NCBI GenBank assembly: GCA_977020255.1
Contig: CDROCS010000506.1
Span: forward strand, 1,116,001-1,180,000
Source: Obrimoposthia wandeli
Lineage: Eukaryota
Direction of reading: 5' to 3'
DNA length: 64,000 nucleotides
Position numbers and translations under genes: made by a program. Positions 10,924-21,466 of the stretch are shown here, in pieces. The notes under the pieces were generated by a model. That model was not told the origin of the DNA, did no database searches, and saw nothing but the letters and a program-made list of their open reading frames with translations. The first letter of the stretch is position 1; every line of letters begins with the position of its first letter.

Positions 10924-12090
10924 ATGGCAGACCTGAACGATATTAGAACTCGTATTACGACACTTGATAGCAACTTATTAGCATTACTATCCGAACGCAG
11001 AGAATTAGCCATCGAAGTGGCAAAGAGTAAGCAATCGACGAGTAAACCAGTACGTGACCAAGACCGTGAACAACAATTATTAGTGCGTCTAATTAACCAA
11101 GGCCGCGAACTTGGCCTTGATAGCAACTACATCATGAACATTTATCACACCGTACTTGAAGACTCGGTATTATTACAGCAAGCCTTTTTACAACAAATTA
11201 AAAACCCTAACGCGGCAATATCAGTTGCCCGTGTAGCTTTCTTAGGCGATAAAGGTTCTTACTCTAACCTTGCTTGTAAAAAATACTTTGCCCGTCAAGA
11301 CGACAGCTTAGTGGAATTAGGTTTCCCAACATTCCAACAAATCATCACAGCAGTCGAAAAAGGCCAAGCTGATTACGGTATGTTACCGATTGAAAATACC
11401 TCTTCAGGCAGCATCAATGATGTTTACGACTTATTACAACACACAAGTTTGTCGATTGTTGGTGAATTAACGCAGCCAATTGAGCATAGTTTAATCACCA
11501 CATGTGATACTGACTTATCAAAAATTAAAACCATCTACGCGCATCCACAACCATTTGCCCAATGTTCACTGTTTTTAAGTGCTCACCCACACATTAAAAT
11601 TGAATTTGTCGACAGTTCATCAGCAGCAATGGCAAAAGTAAAAGAATTAAACAATGAAACTGTGGCAGCAATTGGTAGTATTACTGGTGGCGAACTGTAT
11701 GGTTTGAAACCAATTCGTACCGGTCTAGCCAATCAAACTGAAAATTACAGCCGCTTTATTGTCGTTGCACGTAAGCCCGTTGATGTAGCTGTACAAATTC
11801 CAGCCAAAACAACGTTCACTATGTCGACAGGTCAACAAGCTGGTTGTCTAGTTGAAGCATTATTAGTATTACGCGAACAAGGCGTGAACATGACTAAATT
11901 AGAATCTCGCCCTATTCAAGGTAATCCTTGGGAAGAGATGTTCTATATTGATGTTGCCGCTAATTTACAGTCAGAAAACATGCAGACAGTGATTAAACAG
12001 CTAACGCGCATCACCAACCAGCTGAAAGTCTTAGGTTGTTACCCAAGCGAAGACGTTGCAGCAACGGACGTACCAGAAGATTTACTGTAA
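10924..12090 (+). CDS. pheA: Chorismate mutase/prephenate dehydratase
   Basis: CM domain; LPIENTSSGSINDVYDLL; TKLESRPIQGNPWEEMFYID. Confidence 0.97.
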   Translation: MADLNDIRTRITTLDSNLLALLSERRELAIEVAKSKQSTSKPVRDQDREQQLLVRLINQGRELGLDSNYIMNIYHTVLEDSVLLQQAFLQQIKNPNAAISVARVAFLGDKGSYSNLACKKYFARQDDSLVELGFPTFQQIITAVEKGQADYGMLPIENTSSGSINDVYDLLQHTSLSIVGELTQPIEHSLITTCDTDLSKIKTIYAHPQPFAQCSLFLSAHPHIKIEFVDSSSAAMAKVKELNNETVAAIGSITGGELYGLKPIRTGLANQTENYSRFIVVARKPVDVAVQIPAKTTFTMSTGQQAGCLVEALLVLREQGVNMTKLESRPIQGNPWEEMFYIDVAANLQSENMQTVIKQLTRITNQLKVLGCYPSEDVAATDVPEDLL

Positions 12091-12169
12091 TTTATCTATA
12101 CTAGTTAATCCGTGCTAATTAATCTGTACTAATGAAATCGTAGATTAAACAACAGATTAAAAGACGCAT

Positions 12170-12200
12170 AAAAAAAGAGCATCTTATAGATGCTCTTTTT
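12170..12200. terminator. Bidirectional terminator between pheA and tyrA
   Basis: AAAAAAGAGCATC-ttata-GATGCTCTTTTT. Confidence 0.85.
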
Positions 12201-12262
12201 ATTTGTCTGCAATCCAGCTTAATAGCCGGTTGGCGAGTGCTTAATTTTCAACACCAAAGCTT

Positions 12263-13405
12263 TTAACTCTCAACACCAAAGAATTGGCGATTATCATTCG
12301 CTTGTAACAACAAGTTGCGGCTTTCTTGCAAGAACTGCGTTGAATAATCACCAAACCAATCTGATACCGTTTCAAACGAACGAATAAAGCCATCTTTATC
12401 ATTACGCTCTAACATGTCAGCGGCTTGCATAAAGCGTTCGGCATAACGACGGATCATGGCAATGTTATTGTCTGACGCTAAAATAATATCTGCATACAAG
12501 GTTGGATCCTGTGCAAACAGACGCCCGACCATGGCTAATTCTAAGCGATAGATCGGTGAACTCAGATCCAACAACTGCTGGATATCAGGATTCTCTTCCG
12601 CTAAATGTGCACCATAAACAAACGTCGTAAAGTGACGTAATGCTTGAATCAGCGTCATCGCTTCATCGTGTTGCTTAGCGTCAACGTCATAAATACGCGC
12701 GCCCCAGATCTGCATTTGATCTAACAGCCATTGGTATTGATCTTTACCACGGCCATCACAGCAAACAATCACCTGCTTCGCTAGATTCCCCACGTCAGGA
12801 CCAAACATCGGGTGTAACCCAACAACAGGACCTTCATGAACAGTCAGCATCGCTTGCAACGGTTTATTCTTAATACTGGTAATGTCGGCCAATACACAAT
12901 CTTTTGGTAAACGGCCTAACTTAGCAATAATGGTTTCGGTTAGGTTAATCGGTACCGAGACAACCACCAGCCCAGCATTGGCAAATAACGCATCCGCCTT
13001 ATCCCAATCACCTTGCTCAAGAATATCAACCTCATAACCAGACAAACGGAACATGCGTACAAACAACATACCCAGTTTACCCGCGCCACCAATCACCACA
13101 ACACGACCTAATTCAGGTTTCACTGTTTTGAAACCAGAATCTTTTTCAGACGCATACGACTCGCGCATAACACGGCGTAATACATCTTCAATTAAGTCGC
13201 CAGGGACACCTTTGCTTTCCGCTTCTTCGCGTCTTTTTTCTAACATCGCGGTTTCACGTTCAGGCACATAAATAGGTAAGCCATGCTCACTTTTTATCTC
13301 ACCGACTTCAGCCACTAACGCGATGCGCTGTGCGAGTAAGTCAACCAACTGCTGGTCAACATCGTCGATTTTATCTCTTAATTTACCTAACGGATCCAGT
13401 TTCAC
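12263..13405 (-). CDS. tyrA: Chorismate mutase/prephenate dehydrogenase
   Basis: [12 protein letters not shown]; IIGGAGKLG-type Rossmann motif; GLHPMFGP. Confidence 0.97.
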   Translation of the reverse strand: MKLDPLGKLRDKIDDVDQQLVDLLAQRIALVAEVGEIKSEHGLPIYVPERETAMLEKRREEAESKGVPGDLIEDVLRRVMRESYASEKDSGFKTVKPELGRVVVIGGAGKLGMLFVRMFRLSGYEVDILEQGDWDKADALFANAGLVVVSVPINLTETIIAKLGRLPKDCVLADITSIKNKPLQAMLTVHEGPVVGLHPMFGPDVGNLAKQVIVCCDGRGKDQYQWLLDQMQIWGARIYDVDAKQHDEAMTLIQALRHFTTFVYGAHLAEENPDIQQLLDLSSPIYRLELAMVGRLFAQDPTLYADIILASDNNIAMIRRYAERFMQAADMLERNDKDGFIRSFETVSDWFGDYSTQFLQESRNLLLQANDNRQFFGVES

Positions 13406-13487
13406 TGACCATTCACCTTATAACGTACTTCATCTGTCGACCTAAGCACTGTGTATTCCGACCAAAACGATGTATTCCGACCTAAAA

Positions 13488-14555
13488 CTATGATCTTTTA
13501 GTTAAACAGTTACTTAACTCAATCGCTGTTTCACGTAATAATGTATCCGTCGTTGCCCAATCGATACAGGCATCAGTCACAGATACGCCATAAGCCATAT
13601 CCGCAATCGGTTGTTCTGACGATTGATTACCACCATTAAGGTGACTTTCAATCATCACACCGATAATTGAGCTGTTACCTTCTTGGATCTGATGCACTAC
13701 ATTTTTCGCTACTAACGGCTGTAGTTCATGGTTTTTATTCGAGTTAGCGTGGCTGCAATCAACCATCAAGCTTGGACGTAATCCCGCTTTAATCATGTCT
13801 TGCTCGGCTAGTGCTACCGCAACTGAATCGTAGTTAGGTTGCTTACCACCACGTAAAATAACATGACCGTCTGGATTACCTTGAGTCTGCAGCAATGCCA
13901 CTTGGCCTTCTTGGTTAATGCCCATGAAGCGATGTGAATGTGATGCAGATTTCATCGCATTGATTGCCGTAGATAAGCTGCCGTCAGTGCCGTTTTTAAA
14001 GCCAACAGGCATAGAAAGACCAGAGGCCATTTCACGGTGAGTTTGCGATTCTGTAGTACGCGCGCCAATAGCAGACCAAGCAAATAACTCGGCAAGGTAT
14101 TGTGGGCTAATTGGGTCAAGCGCTTCAGTTGCTGTAGGAATTTCCATTTCAGCAAGGGTAATTAATAATTTACGTGCGTTGATTAAACCTGTTTCAACAT
14201 CAAATGAACCATCCATATGCGGGTCATTAATTGCGCCTTTCCAGCCAACTGTTGTACGTGGTTTTTCAAAATACACGCGCATAACAATATAAAGCTGGTC
14301 GCCTAACTCGTCATGCAGTGCTTTTAATTTGTGGGCATATTCTAACGCCGCTTTTTCATCATGAATTGAACAAGGACCGCACACCACTAACAAGCGCTTA
14401 TCTGTACCAGCGATAATATTAGCAATCGTTTCACGTGCAGAGTGTATATAACCAAGTGCATGATCTGAAATAGGTAATTTTGATTTTAATTCGGCAGGTG
14501 TCATCAATACTTGTTCAGAACAAATATGTACATTATTTAAGGTATCTTTTTCCAT
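13488..14555 (-). CDS. aroF: DAHP synthase, Tyr-sensitive
   Basis: GPCSIHD; RVYFEKPRTTVGWKG; IGARTTESQTHRE; operon with tyrA. Confidence 0.95.
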   Translation of the reverse strand: MEKDTLNNVHICSEQVLMTPAELKSKLPISDHALGYIHSARETIANIIAGTDKRLLVVCGPCSIHDEKAALEYAHKLKALHDELGDQLYIVMRVYFEKPRTTVGWKGAINDPHMDGSFDVETGLINARKLLITLAEMEIPTATEALDPISPQYLAELFAWSAIGARTTESQTHREMASGLSMPVGFKNGTDGSLSTAINAMKSASHSHRFMGINQEGQVALLQTQGNPDGHVILRGGKQPNYDSVAVALAEQDMIKAGLRPSLMVDCSHANSNKNHELQPLVAKNVVHQIQEGNSSIIGVMIESHLNGGNQSSEQPIADMAYGVSVTDACIDWATTDTLLRETAIELSNCLTKRS

Positions 14556-14839
14556 TACGTTGCTCGTATATCCTATTTATTATATATAAACAACATACCG
14601 CAGCAGTATGTGATTGCAAGTACTATTTTATTACTCAAGTTTGTCCAAAAAACGTGATGAAAGCCTACATACTTTCGAATGAAACCTGTGATAAGATACT
14701 ACTCAGCAATTACCGTTATTTCCTTAACACTAAGATTCCAAAAAAGTCTGGTTTTATGGTATTGACATTATAGTCAATATTTATGATAGTGACGGTAAGC
14801 CCTTACCCCGAACAATACTATAATTGTGGACATAAAATA

Positions 14840-15787
14840 ATGAGTAATCAGTTAGAACAGCTAAGTAAATTAACCACTATTGTTGCAGATACAGGCGATG
14901 TGGATGCAATTAAATTATACCAGCCTCAAGATGCGACGACGAATCCATCACTTATCCTAAAGGCAGCTGCATTACCGACTTACCAACCACTAGTAGCACA
15001 AGCAATTGCTTACGCTAAAGAGAATGCAACACCAGAAACACAAGTTGCTCTAGCATGTGACAAACTAGCTGTATTAATTGGTAAAGAGATCTTAACGACT
15101 ATTCCAGGTCGCATCTCTACAGAAGTTGACGCACGTCTTTCTTACAACACTGAAGCAAGTGTTAAACAAGCGTTACTACTAATCGAACTATATAAAGAAG
15201 TGGGTATTGAGAAAGAAAACATTCTTATCAAACTGGCTTCTACTTGGGAAGGTATCCGCGCAGCAGAACAGCTTGAAGCAATGGGCATCAACTGTAACCT
15301 AACGCTGTTATTCTCTTTCGCTCAAGCGCAAGCATGTGCAGAAGCAGGCGTATACCTGATCTCTCCTTTCGTTGGCCGTATCATGGATTGGCATAAAGCG
15401 AAAACAGGCGAAACTTATGAAGGCGCTAACGATCCAGGCGTTATCTCGGTAAGCACTATCTACAACTACTACAAAGCAGCGGGTTATAACACGGTTGTTA
15501 TGGGCGCAAGCTTCCGTAACACAGGTGAAATCCTAGCACTTGCTGGTTGTGACCGTCTAACAATTGCACCTCAGCTATTAGAAGAGCTACAAAACTCTTC
15601 AGAGCCTGTTGTACAAGCGTTATTCTCTGAAGCTGATGCTGTTGCACCAAAAGCGAAATTAACTGAAGCTGCATTCCGTTGGGATCACAGCCAAGATCCA
15701 ATGGCTGTTGAGAAACTAGCTGAAGGTATCCGTAACTTCGCTATCGACCAAAACAAACTAGAAACGATGATTGCTGACTTGTTTTAA
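14840..15787 (+). CDS. talB: Transaldolase
   Basis: VADTGD...[10 protein letters not shown]; [12 protein letters not shown]; start taken at ATG 14840. Confidence 0.97.
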   Translation: MSNQLEQLSKLTTIVADTGDVDAIKLYQPQDATTNPSLILKAAALPTYQPLVAQAIAYAKENATPETQVALACDKLAVLIGKEILTTIPGRISTEVDARLSYNTEASVKQALLLIELYKEVGIEKENILIKLASTWEGIRAAEQLEAMGINCNLTLLFSFAQAQACAEAGVYLISPFVGRIMDWHKAKTGETYEGANDPGVISVSTIYNYYKAAGYNTVVMGASFRNTGEILALAGCDRLTIAPQLLEELQNSSEPVVQALFSEADAVAPKAKLTEAAFRWDHSQDPMAVEKLAEGIRNFAIDQNKLETMIADLF

Positions 15788-15859
15788 TTGGAATAAATAG
15801 TTCTAATTTGAATAAGACGATACCCAAACGACTTAACGTAGTTTGGGTATCAATGTCGT

Positions 15860-15912
15860 AAAAAAAACGCCCAACGCATTACTCGAAAGAGTCCTACGTT
15901 GGGCGTTTTTTT
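15860..15912. terminator. Bidirectional terminator with an internal GAAA hairpin
   Basis: A8-CGCCCAACG...CTCGAAAGAG...CGTTGGGCG-T7. Confidence 0.75.
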
Positions 15913-15961
15913 ATGCATTATTTAACCAAGCTACCTCGCAGTAACTTAGGTTATATAACAA

Positions 15962-16642
15962 CTATACTTTTGGCCAAGCCAAAGTCTCTGGCTGTGCATA
16001 AGCAACTAATGCTTCTTTACATGCAGCAGTTTCAAACTCTTTACCGTTTAACTCTTCAGCTACAAAGCTAAAGTCTTCGCCACCTAAAGTAAACTGTAGG
16101 CAATACGCGTGTAAGTAAGCACGATCGTATTTCCAAGCGTCAGCACTTTGATACAGCGGATCACCACAGATAGGGCTACCTAGGCTGTTTAATGCTACGC
16201 GTAATTGGTGTGTCTTACCTGTTAATGGTTTTAATACCACTAAACGCTTGCCATCACCGATGCTTTGCGTGAAGAACTGGGTAACAGCAGGGTTAGTTAA
16301 CGTTTTAGTTAAACGCCACATGCTGCGACGTGAACGTTCCATATCGCCTTTTACTAAACCTTGTTTTTTCTTTGGCTTGCTATCGATAACACCCAAGTAA
16401 TATTTTTGGATCTCGTGCAATTCAAATAACTTCGCTAATTTAGCAGCCGCTTCTGATGATTTAGCTAATAACAACAATCCTGATGTCACTTTGTCTAAAC
16501 GGTGTACTGGAAAAACTAATCTGCCAATATCCTTTCTGACAATAGAACAAATACCATCAACGCCGTCTTCATCATGAAAACCAATACCCGCTGCCTTGTT
16601 GATAACCAAGAAATCATTATTTTGAAATAGAATGCTATACAT
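15962..16642 (-). CDS. RluA-family RNA pseudouridine synthase
   Basis: VHRLDKVTSGLLL; TGKTHQLRV; start placed at MYSILFQNNDF. Confidence 0.92.
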   Translation of the reverse strand: MYSILFQNNDFLVINKAAGIGFHDEDGVDGICSIVRKDIGRLVFPVHRLDKVTSGLLLLAKSSEAAAKLAKLFELHEIQKYYLGVIDSKPKKKQGLVKGDMERSRRSMWRLTKTLTNPAVTQFFTQSIGDGKRLVVLKPLTGKTHQLRVALNSLGSPICGDPLYQSADAWKYDRAYLHAYCLQFTLGGEDFSFVAEELNGKEFETAACKEALVAYAQPETLAWPKV

Positions 16643-16692
16643 TAAAAAAACCGATGCTGAAAATGAGGCGGAATTGTACCCTAAATAAGCGA

Positions 16693-16746
16693 TATACCCA
16701 AGTGACTTCAAGATGCTATATCAACCCCCTGAAGTAGCTTGGGATA
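16693..16746. repeat. Short ERIC/MITE-like palindrome
   Basis: TATACCCAAGTGACTTCAAGATGC...CTGAAGTAGCTTGGGATA; the ends are imperfect inverted repeats. Confidence 0.65.
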
Positions 16747-16846
16747 AAATCATATCCACCAGCGATTATTGACGCTAAGATAAGTAATAGAATGCTAGGT
16801 ATGAAAATAATACGCTAGGATAAATAATATTAATAAAAAGAGGACC

Positions 16847-17155
16847 TTGACCGTGTCAGAGATTAAAGCTGAAATTGATATTTACTATTGCAGGCAGTGT
16901 AACTGGATGTTGCGCTCGACCTGGCTAATGCAAGAACTCCTGCATACCTTCGCTGAAGATATCAGTAAAATCAGTCTGCACCCAGACACAGGTGGTCGCT
17001 TTGAGATCCATTGTAACCAACAACTGATTTGGGAACGTAAACAAGACGGTGGTTTTCCTGAAGCCAAAGTATTAAAGCAACGCGTCCGTGACATCATCGC
17101 CCCAGCGCGCGACCTTGGCCACTGCGACCGCACGGTATCACCTGATGCCAGCTAA
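16847..17155 (+). CDS. SelT/SelW/SelH (Rdx) family protein
   Basis: IYYCRQCNWMLRSTW (CxxC); TGGRFEI; GGFPEAKVLKQRVRD. Confidence 0.9.
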   Translation: MTVSEIKAEIDIYYCRQCNWMLRSTWLMQELLHTFAEDISKISLHPDTGGRFEIHCNQQLIWERKQDGGFPEAKVLKQRVRDIIAPARDLGHCDRTVSPDAS

Positions 17156-17858
17156 CACATTACTCACAACAGGCGCTTTAACAGGGCAAGCACAAAGCCA
17201 TGTGATTGCCTTATCTGCACCGGCTCAACCTACCCAGCAGCAACATCTCATCCACAAGCACGCACAGCCTGCATTTGCGCAATTACAAACGCGCGCCAAA
17301 CAAGCCGGTTTTAATCTTGATGTCGTCTCTTGTTTTCGCTCTTTTGAGCAACAGTTGCGTATTTGGAATAATAAATTTAATGGTCTCAGACCCATCTTGG
17401 ATCATGACAGCCAACCCTTAGACTCCGCTATACTTAGTGAAGAACAAAAGGTATTCGCTATATTACGTTGGTCAATGCTACCCGGTGCGAGTCGCCATCA
17501 CTGGGGCAGCGAAATTGATGTATGTGATTACAGTGCATTACCTGCAGATTATCAGTTACAACTGATCCCACAAGAGTATGATGAAGGTGGCTACTTAGCT
17601 GCGCTATCGACTTGGTTAGATAATAATATTGCCGACTGTGGTTTCTATCGCCCTTATCGTCAAGACCTTGGTGGTGTATCACGCGAGCCTTGGCACTTAA
17701 GCTACCAGCCTATCGCAGTACCAGCGCAACAAGCATGCACCTTGGCATTAATTACCGAGACTATCCGTAATGCAGACATTCAAGGTAAAGCGACGATTTT
17801 AGCGAATATAGAACAAATTTATACTCAGTATATCTGCAATGTAGCAGCGGCAAATTAA
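17145..17858 (+). CDS. M15-family (VanY-like) D-Ala-D-Ala carboxypeptidase
   Basis: SCFRSFEQQ; PGASRHHWGSEID; EPWHLSY; start likely ATG 17145, overlapping the upstream gene. Confidence 0.9.
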   Translation: MPANTLLTTGALTGQAQSHVIALSAPAQPTQQQHLIHKHAQPAFAQLQTRAKQAGFNLDVVSCFRSFEQQLRIWNNKFNGLRPILDHDSQPLDSAILSEEQKVFAILRWSMLPGASRHHWGSEIDVCDYSALPADYQLQLIPQEYDEGGYLAALSTWLDNNIADCGFYRPYRQDLGGVSREPWHLSYQPIAVPAQQACTLALITETIRNADIQGKATILANIEQIYTQYICNVAAAN

Positions 17859-17937
17859 GAGCACATACGACGACGATTATTATCAATAACAACTTACAAT
17901 TAATCGCAATTAATTGTAATTATCAACAGGAGGATTT

Positions 17938-18207
17938 ATGGTTTGGCTTATTATTCTGGTTGCCCTCGGTTTTATTCTAGGGTCGATCATGACGTTGAAG
18001 TACACCGCAAACATGAAAATGAAGATACCCAAAGAAATTGAACACCAATACAACAAAGCCTTTCATCTTGATGCCGGTGAACACGCAAAACCACTAGCAG
18101 ATCATGATGACGATGAGCAGAAAGAATATCACAATGAATACCAGAACGAATACGGTAAGAACCCAATGCCAGATGAAGACGATGTTAAAAAAGACCAAGA
18201 GAAATAA
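17938..18207 (+). CDS. DUF2897-like small membrane protein with an acidic tail
   Basis: MVWLIILVALGFILGSIMTLKYTANMK; AGGAGG RBS. Confidence 0.75.
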   Translation: MVWLIILVALGFILGSIMTLKYTANMKMKIPKEIEHQYNKAFHLDAGEHAKPLADHDDDEQKEYHNEYQNEYGKNPMPDEDDVKKDQEK

Positions 18208-18226
18208 CCGTTAACAAAGCGCGATC

Positions 18227-18435
18227 TATACCCATGACCATTCAAAATGCAAAAATCAGCAAGTCGAGAGGTGACCAGATTCAAGGCATGAAGTTGATGA
18301 TCAGTTAAAATAACTTCATAACACCGAAGATATGTTGCCATATTTGAAAAGGGAATAACCATTCTCTGCATATTGCGCCTTATTCTGGTGTTCAAGCTGG
18401 CCTCTGAATTAGCATTTTGAATGGCCATGGGTATA
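18227..18435. mobile_element. 209-bp MITE/ERIC-like element
   Basis: Left end TATACCCATGACCATTCAAAATGC; right end (reverse complement) TATACCCATGGCCATTCAAAATGC; TA at both ends; no transposase. Confidence 0.8.
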
Positions 18436-18501
18436 TATAGAGAAACAATACACAGTAGCTATACCCATTATCTCTGTATACTTTCTATAAACAGCAGCGA
18501 T

Positions 18502-18538
18502 AAAAAAGGCCTATGTATCACTACATAGGCCTTTTTTT
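18502..18538. terminator. Bidirectional terminator
   Basis: AAAAAAGGCCTATGTA-tcac-TACATAGGCCTTTTTTT. Confidence 0.85.
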
Positions 18539-18569
18539 GTCACATGATTAACACCTAAGGTGTATCACA

Positions 18570-19718
18570 TTACTTTTCGCTTGCGGCTTTCTCATCGTTT
18601 GCCGCTTTTTCTGCACGTAATGTCGCAGCAGCGTCTTTCAAACTAATGAACAACTGGCTCATTACTTCTGCTGACAATGGCTGTTTCTTCTCGGTAAAGA
18701 ACGCAATTGAAGTATGGCCTTTAATTTCACCAACTTGAATACGGTAATCATCTTCTTCTAATGTCACCGGCGTTACTTTATTATCAGCCCAGAAATAATC
18801 TGGTTGTTCGTCAAAGCTAACTAACATCGTGGCAGCCAATTTATCTTCGTCTTGAACTGTCATGCCCACTTTGCCTAATACCATTGGCATTAACTTCCAA
18901 GCGTCATCAAACGGAATGTTTAACGTGATCACTGGATGTTGCTGATCAACAAAATCAATCTTCAGTTTCGATGCTTTTTGTTCTGCTGTTTCTTTGTTGT
19001 TAGCTTCAATACGGTTAATTTCGTATTTAATATTAAGCAGGTTTAGCATCTGCACAGCAAAACGGCGGCTATCACCTTTACTTAGAACATTATTAACCTT
19101 AGTACCGTCTAAACGTTCTTCATGGTCGATCAAATCAACTTGTAGACCAACAGTACGTTTACTTGCACCTGTTAATAAAGTGAATTTATAACGTTGCTTT
19201 AATTCGTAGTCTGATACTTCTTTAAATTCTTCAAACGTATCATTGTTGATTAGCCAATCCGTTTCTAACGTATGATTAGTCTCATCTAATTTAGCAATAG
19301 CGACTTTCTTATCAGCTAAGAAGTTAGCTAAAAAAGACCATACCTGCGAGGCAATATCATCTTGTGAACTGCGGCTGTTAAACCAAACCGTCACATTTTC
19401 ACTGCCTTCTTCAACACGTACTAATGGCGATAACGCTAAAATTTGTACAGGTGAACGTACATCAACAGCAGCGCCGACAGGATAATCTTCAGTCCCTTCG
19501 ACTAATTCAGGCACGTCATAACGTTTTGTATATAACGGTGTATCAAGCCCTTCTGCAATCACCAATTCTGGTTTTACTGTTTGCTGTAAATATTCGAAGT
19601 CTTGATTTGCCTGACGTCTTGTATCTGTTCCTGAACAAGCACTGACTAAAATAGCGCACGCTAATACGCTATAGCGTTTCACGTTAGTCAAGCGGTGACC
19701 TGTTGATGACATAGTCAT
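18570..19718 (-). CDS. bamC: Outer membrane assembly lipoprotein BamC (NlpB)
   Basis: Lipobox LVSAC; RRQANQDFEYL; directly downstream of dapA. Confidence 0.88.
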   Translation of the reverse strand: MTMSSTGHRLTNVKRYSVLACAILVSACSGTDTRRQANQDFEYLQQTVKPELVIAEGLDTPLYTKRYDVPELVEGTEDYPVGAAVDVRSPVQILALSPLVRVEEGSENVTVWFNSRSSQDDIASQVWSFLANFLADKKVAIAKLDETNHTLETDWLINNDTFEEFKEVSDYELKQRYKFTLLTGASKRTVGLQVDLIDHEERLDGTKVNNVLSKGDSRRFAVQMLNLLNIKYEINRIEANNKETAEQKASKLKIDFVDQQHPVITLNIPFDDAWKLMPMVLGKVGMTVQDEDKLAATMLVSFDEQPDYFWADNKVTPVTLEEDDYRIQVGEIKGHTSIAFFTEKKQPLSAEVMSQLFISLKDAAATLRAEKAANDEKAASEK

Positions 19719-19745
19719 AGTATTAATATTCCCTAATTCAAAAAT

Positions 19746-20624
19746 TTATGCATCCACTGCAAGCGCGAGTGCCGCACTTACTTGAGCATGATATTGCTGA
19801 TCTAATGCAATTAATGGTAACCGTAAATTCGCCGTTGCAGTTAAAGATAACTGTTTGCATGCCCATTTTACCGGGATTGGGTTTGCTTCGACAAATAAAT
19901 CTTGGTGTAAACGCATTAATTTGTTATTGATTTCAGTCGCTTCTTGGCGCTGTCCTGCTAATGCAAACGTACACATACGGCTCATTGCATCGGCGGCGAC
20001 ATTACTGGTAACAGAAATAACCCCATTACCACCTTGCAACATAAACTCACAGCCTGTTGCATCATCACCACTATATAGTAAAAAATCATCCGGTAGGAAG
20101 GGTTTAAGTCGAGTTAAACGCGTTAAATCACCGGTAGCGTCTTTGATGCCTATGATAGCATTAAGTTCCGCCAATCTAACTACGATCTCATCGCTAATGT
20201 CACAACCTGTACGGCTGGGTACATTATACAAAATCTGAGGTAAATCACAGGCTTCTGTAATAGCTTTATAATGCTGATACAAGCCTTCTTGGGTCGGCTT
20301 ATTATAATAAGGCGTCACACTCAGTCCGGCAGTAACACCTAACTTGTGTAATGCTTGACTCAGTTTAATGGCATTACGGGTGCTGTTTGATCCTGTACCG
20401 GCAATAATCGCGATACGACCTTGTGCCATTTCTAACACTTTTTTGATGACGTCTACATGCTCATCTTGATTAAACGTACAAGATTCACCTGTGGTGCCTA
20501 ATACCGCTAATGCAGTGGTATTGCTCTGGATATGATATTCAACTAAGCCTTGTAAAGAGCAAAGATCGACGTCTCCGTTGTCGAGCATAGGAGTGATAAG
20601 TGCGACGATATTACCTGTTAACAT
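19746..20624 (-). CDS. dapA: 4-hydroxy-tetrahydrodipicolinate synthase
   Basis: GTTGES; TPYYNKPTQEGLYQHY; LYNVPSRTG; GIKDATG; start at MLTGNIVALITP. Confidence 0.97.
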   Translation of the reverse strand: MLTGNIVALITPMLDNGDVDLCSLQGLVEYHIQSNTTALAVLGTTGESCTFNQDEHVDVIKKVLEMAQGRIAIIAGTGSNSTRNAIKLSQALHKLGVTAGLSVTPYYNKPTQEGLYQHYKAITEACDLPQILYNVPSRTGCDISDEIVVRLAELNAIIGIKDATGDLTRLTRLKPFLPDDFLLYSGDDATGCEFMLQGGNGVISVTSNVAADAMSRMCTFALAGQRQEATEINNKLMRLHQDLFVEANPIPVKWACKQLSLTATANLRLPLIALDQQYHAQVSAALALAVDA

Positions 20625-20750
20625 ATTTGCCTTGTTATTACTGACTATAAAACACGTGGCATAGTAATAGTAGGAGTCTGTTGCCGCAAGCATATTCTGG
20701 CTATATGCCTGCCAACATCAATATGCTGGTTGATAAGTTGGCGGATTGTT

Positions 20751-20774
20751 GCATCTTGAAGTTGCTTGGGTATA
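20751..20774. repeat. Solo right end of the ERIC/MITE-like family
   Basis: GCATCTTGAAGTTGCTTGGGTATA is the reverse complement of TATACCCAAGCAACTTCAAGATGC. Confidence 0.6.
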
Positions 20775-20859
20775 TGATGTTCTATTGTTTGTTTACTTTA
20801 ATTGATCCGGGATAGTTTACTTACTTTAATAGGCTCGGAATAAAAGGACATGGAAGAAA

Positions 20860-21399
20860 ATGACGCAGAATTTAGTTATCACCGCTCTGGGCAGTAACAG
20901 TCCTGGTATCGTTCATAAACTTATTGGTCACGTCAGTAACTGCGGTTGTAATATCGTTGATAGTAAATTAGCTATTTTTGGTAATGAGTTTACCTTGATC
21001 ATGCTGTTGTCTGGTGAATGGAATGCGATGATCCAACTCGAATCGAGCTTGCCATTAAAGAGTCAAGAACTCGACTTAATCACCATGATGAAACGCACCG
21101 AACGTCACGAACCAATCAGTTATGATCATACCATTGAAGTCGACATCACCATTCCTGATGCCACCGGTATTATTGAGAAGTTCACGTTATTCTTTACCAA
21201 CAACAATCTTAATTTAGCCGGTCTACGCTCAGAAATTATCGTTGACGCAGGCAGCCCCGATATACTCAAAGCACACTTCACCTTAAACACCACCTCTGAC
21301 TGTGATTTAGCTATTTTAGAATCAGAGCTTTCCGGTCTGTGTACAATTTTGCATGCTGAATATCAATTTATGGTTGATAACAAGCTACTCACAGCTTAA
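20860..21399 (+). CDS. gcvR: Glycine cleavage system repressor
   Basis: LVITALGSNSPGIV...CGCNIVDSKLAIFGNEFTLIMLLSG; divergent from dapA. Confidence 0.93.
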   Translation: MTQNLVITALGSNSPGIVHKLIGHVSNCGCNIVDSKLAIFGNEFTLIMLLSGEWNAMIQLESSLPLKSQELDLITMMKRTERHEPISYDHTIEVDITIPDATGIIEKFTLFFTNNNLNLAGLRSEIIVDAGSPDILKAHFTLNTTSDCDLAILESELSGLCTILHAEYQFMVDNKLLTA

Positions 21400-21433
21400 C
21401 TCAGCTATCTGATAAACCATCTAGCAGTAGATC

Positions 21434-21464
21434 GTTACGGTTAATCAACACCATTAACCGTAAC
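21434..21464. terminator. Perfect 12-bp hairpin after gcvR
   Basis: GTTACGGTTAAT-caacacc-ATTAACCGTAAC. Confidence 0.6.
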
Positions 21465-21466
21465 AG

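Noticed and set aside
14600-14660. TyrR box upstream of aroF
   Set aside because: The best candidate (TGCAAG-N6-TTTATT) lacks the invariant C; not supportable.
16847-17155. Selenoprotein
   Set aside because: The motif is CxxC with ordinary Cys codons; no in-frame TGA.
18129-18428. 99-aa minus-strand ORF
   Set aside because: Its ATG lies in the MITE terminal repeat; it is a by-product of the element.
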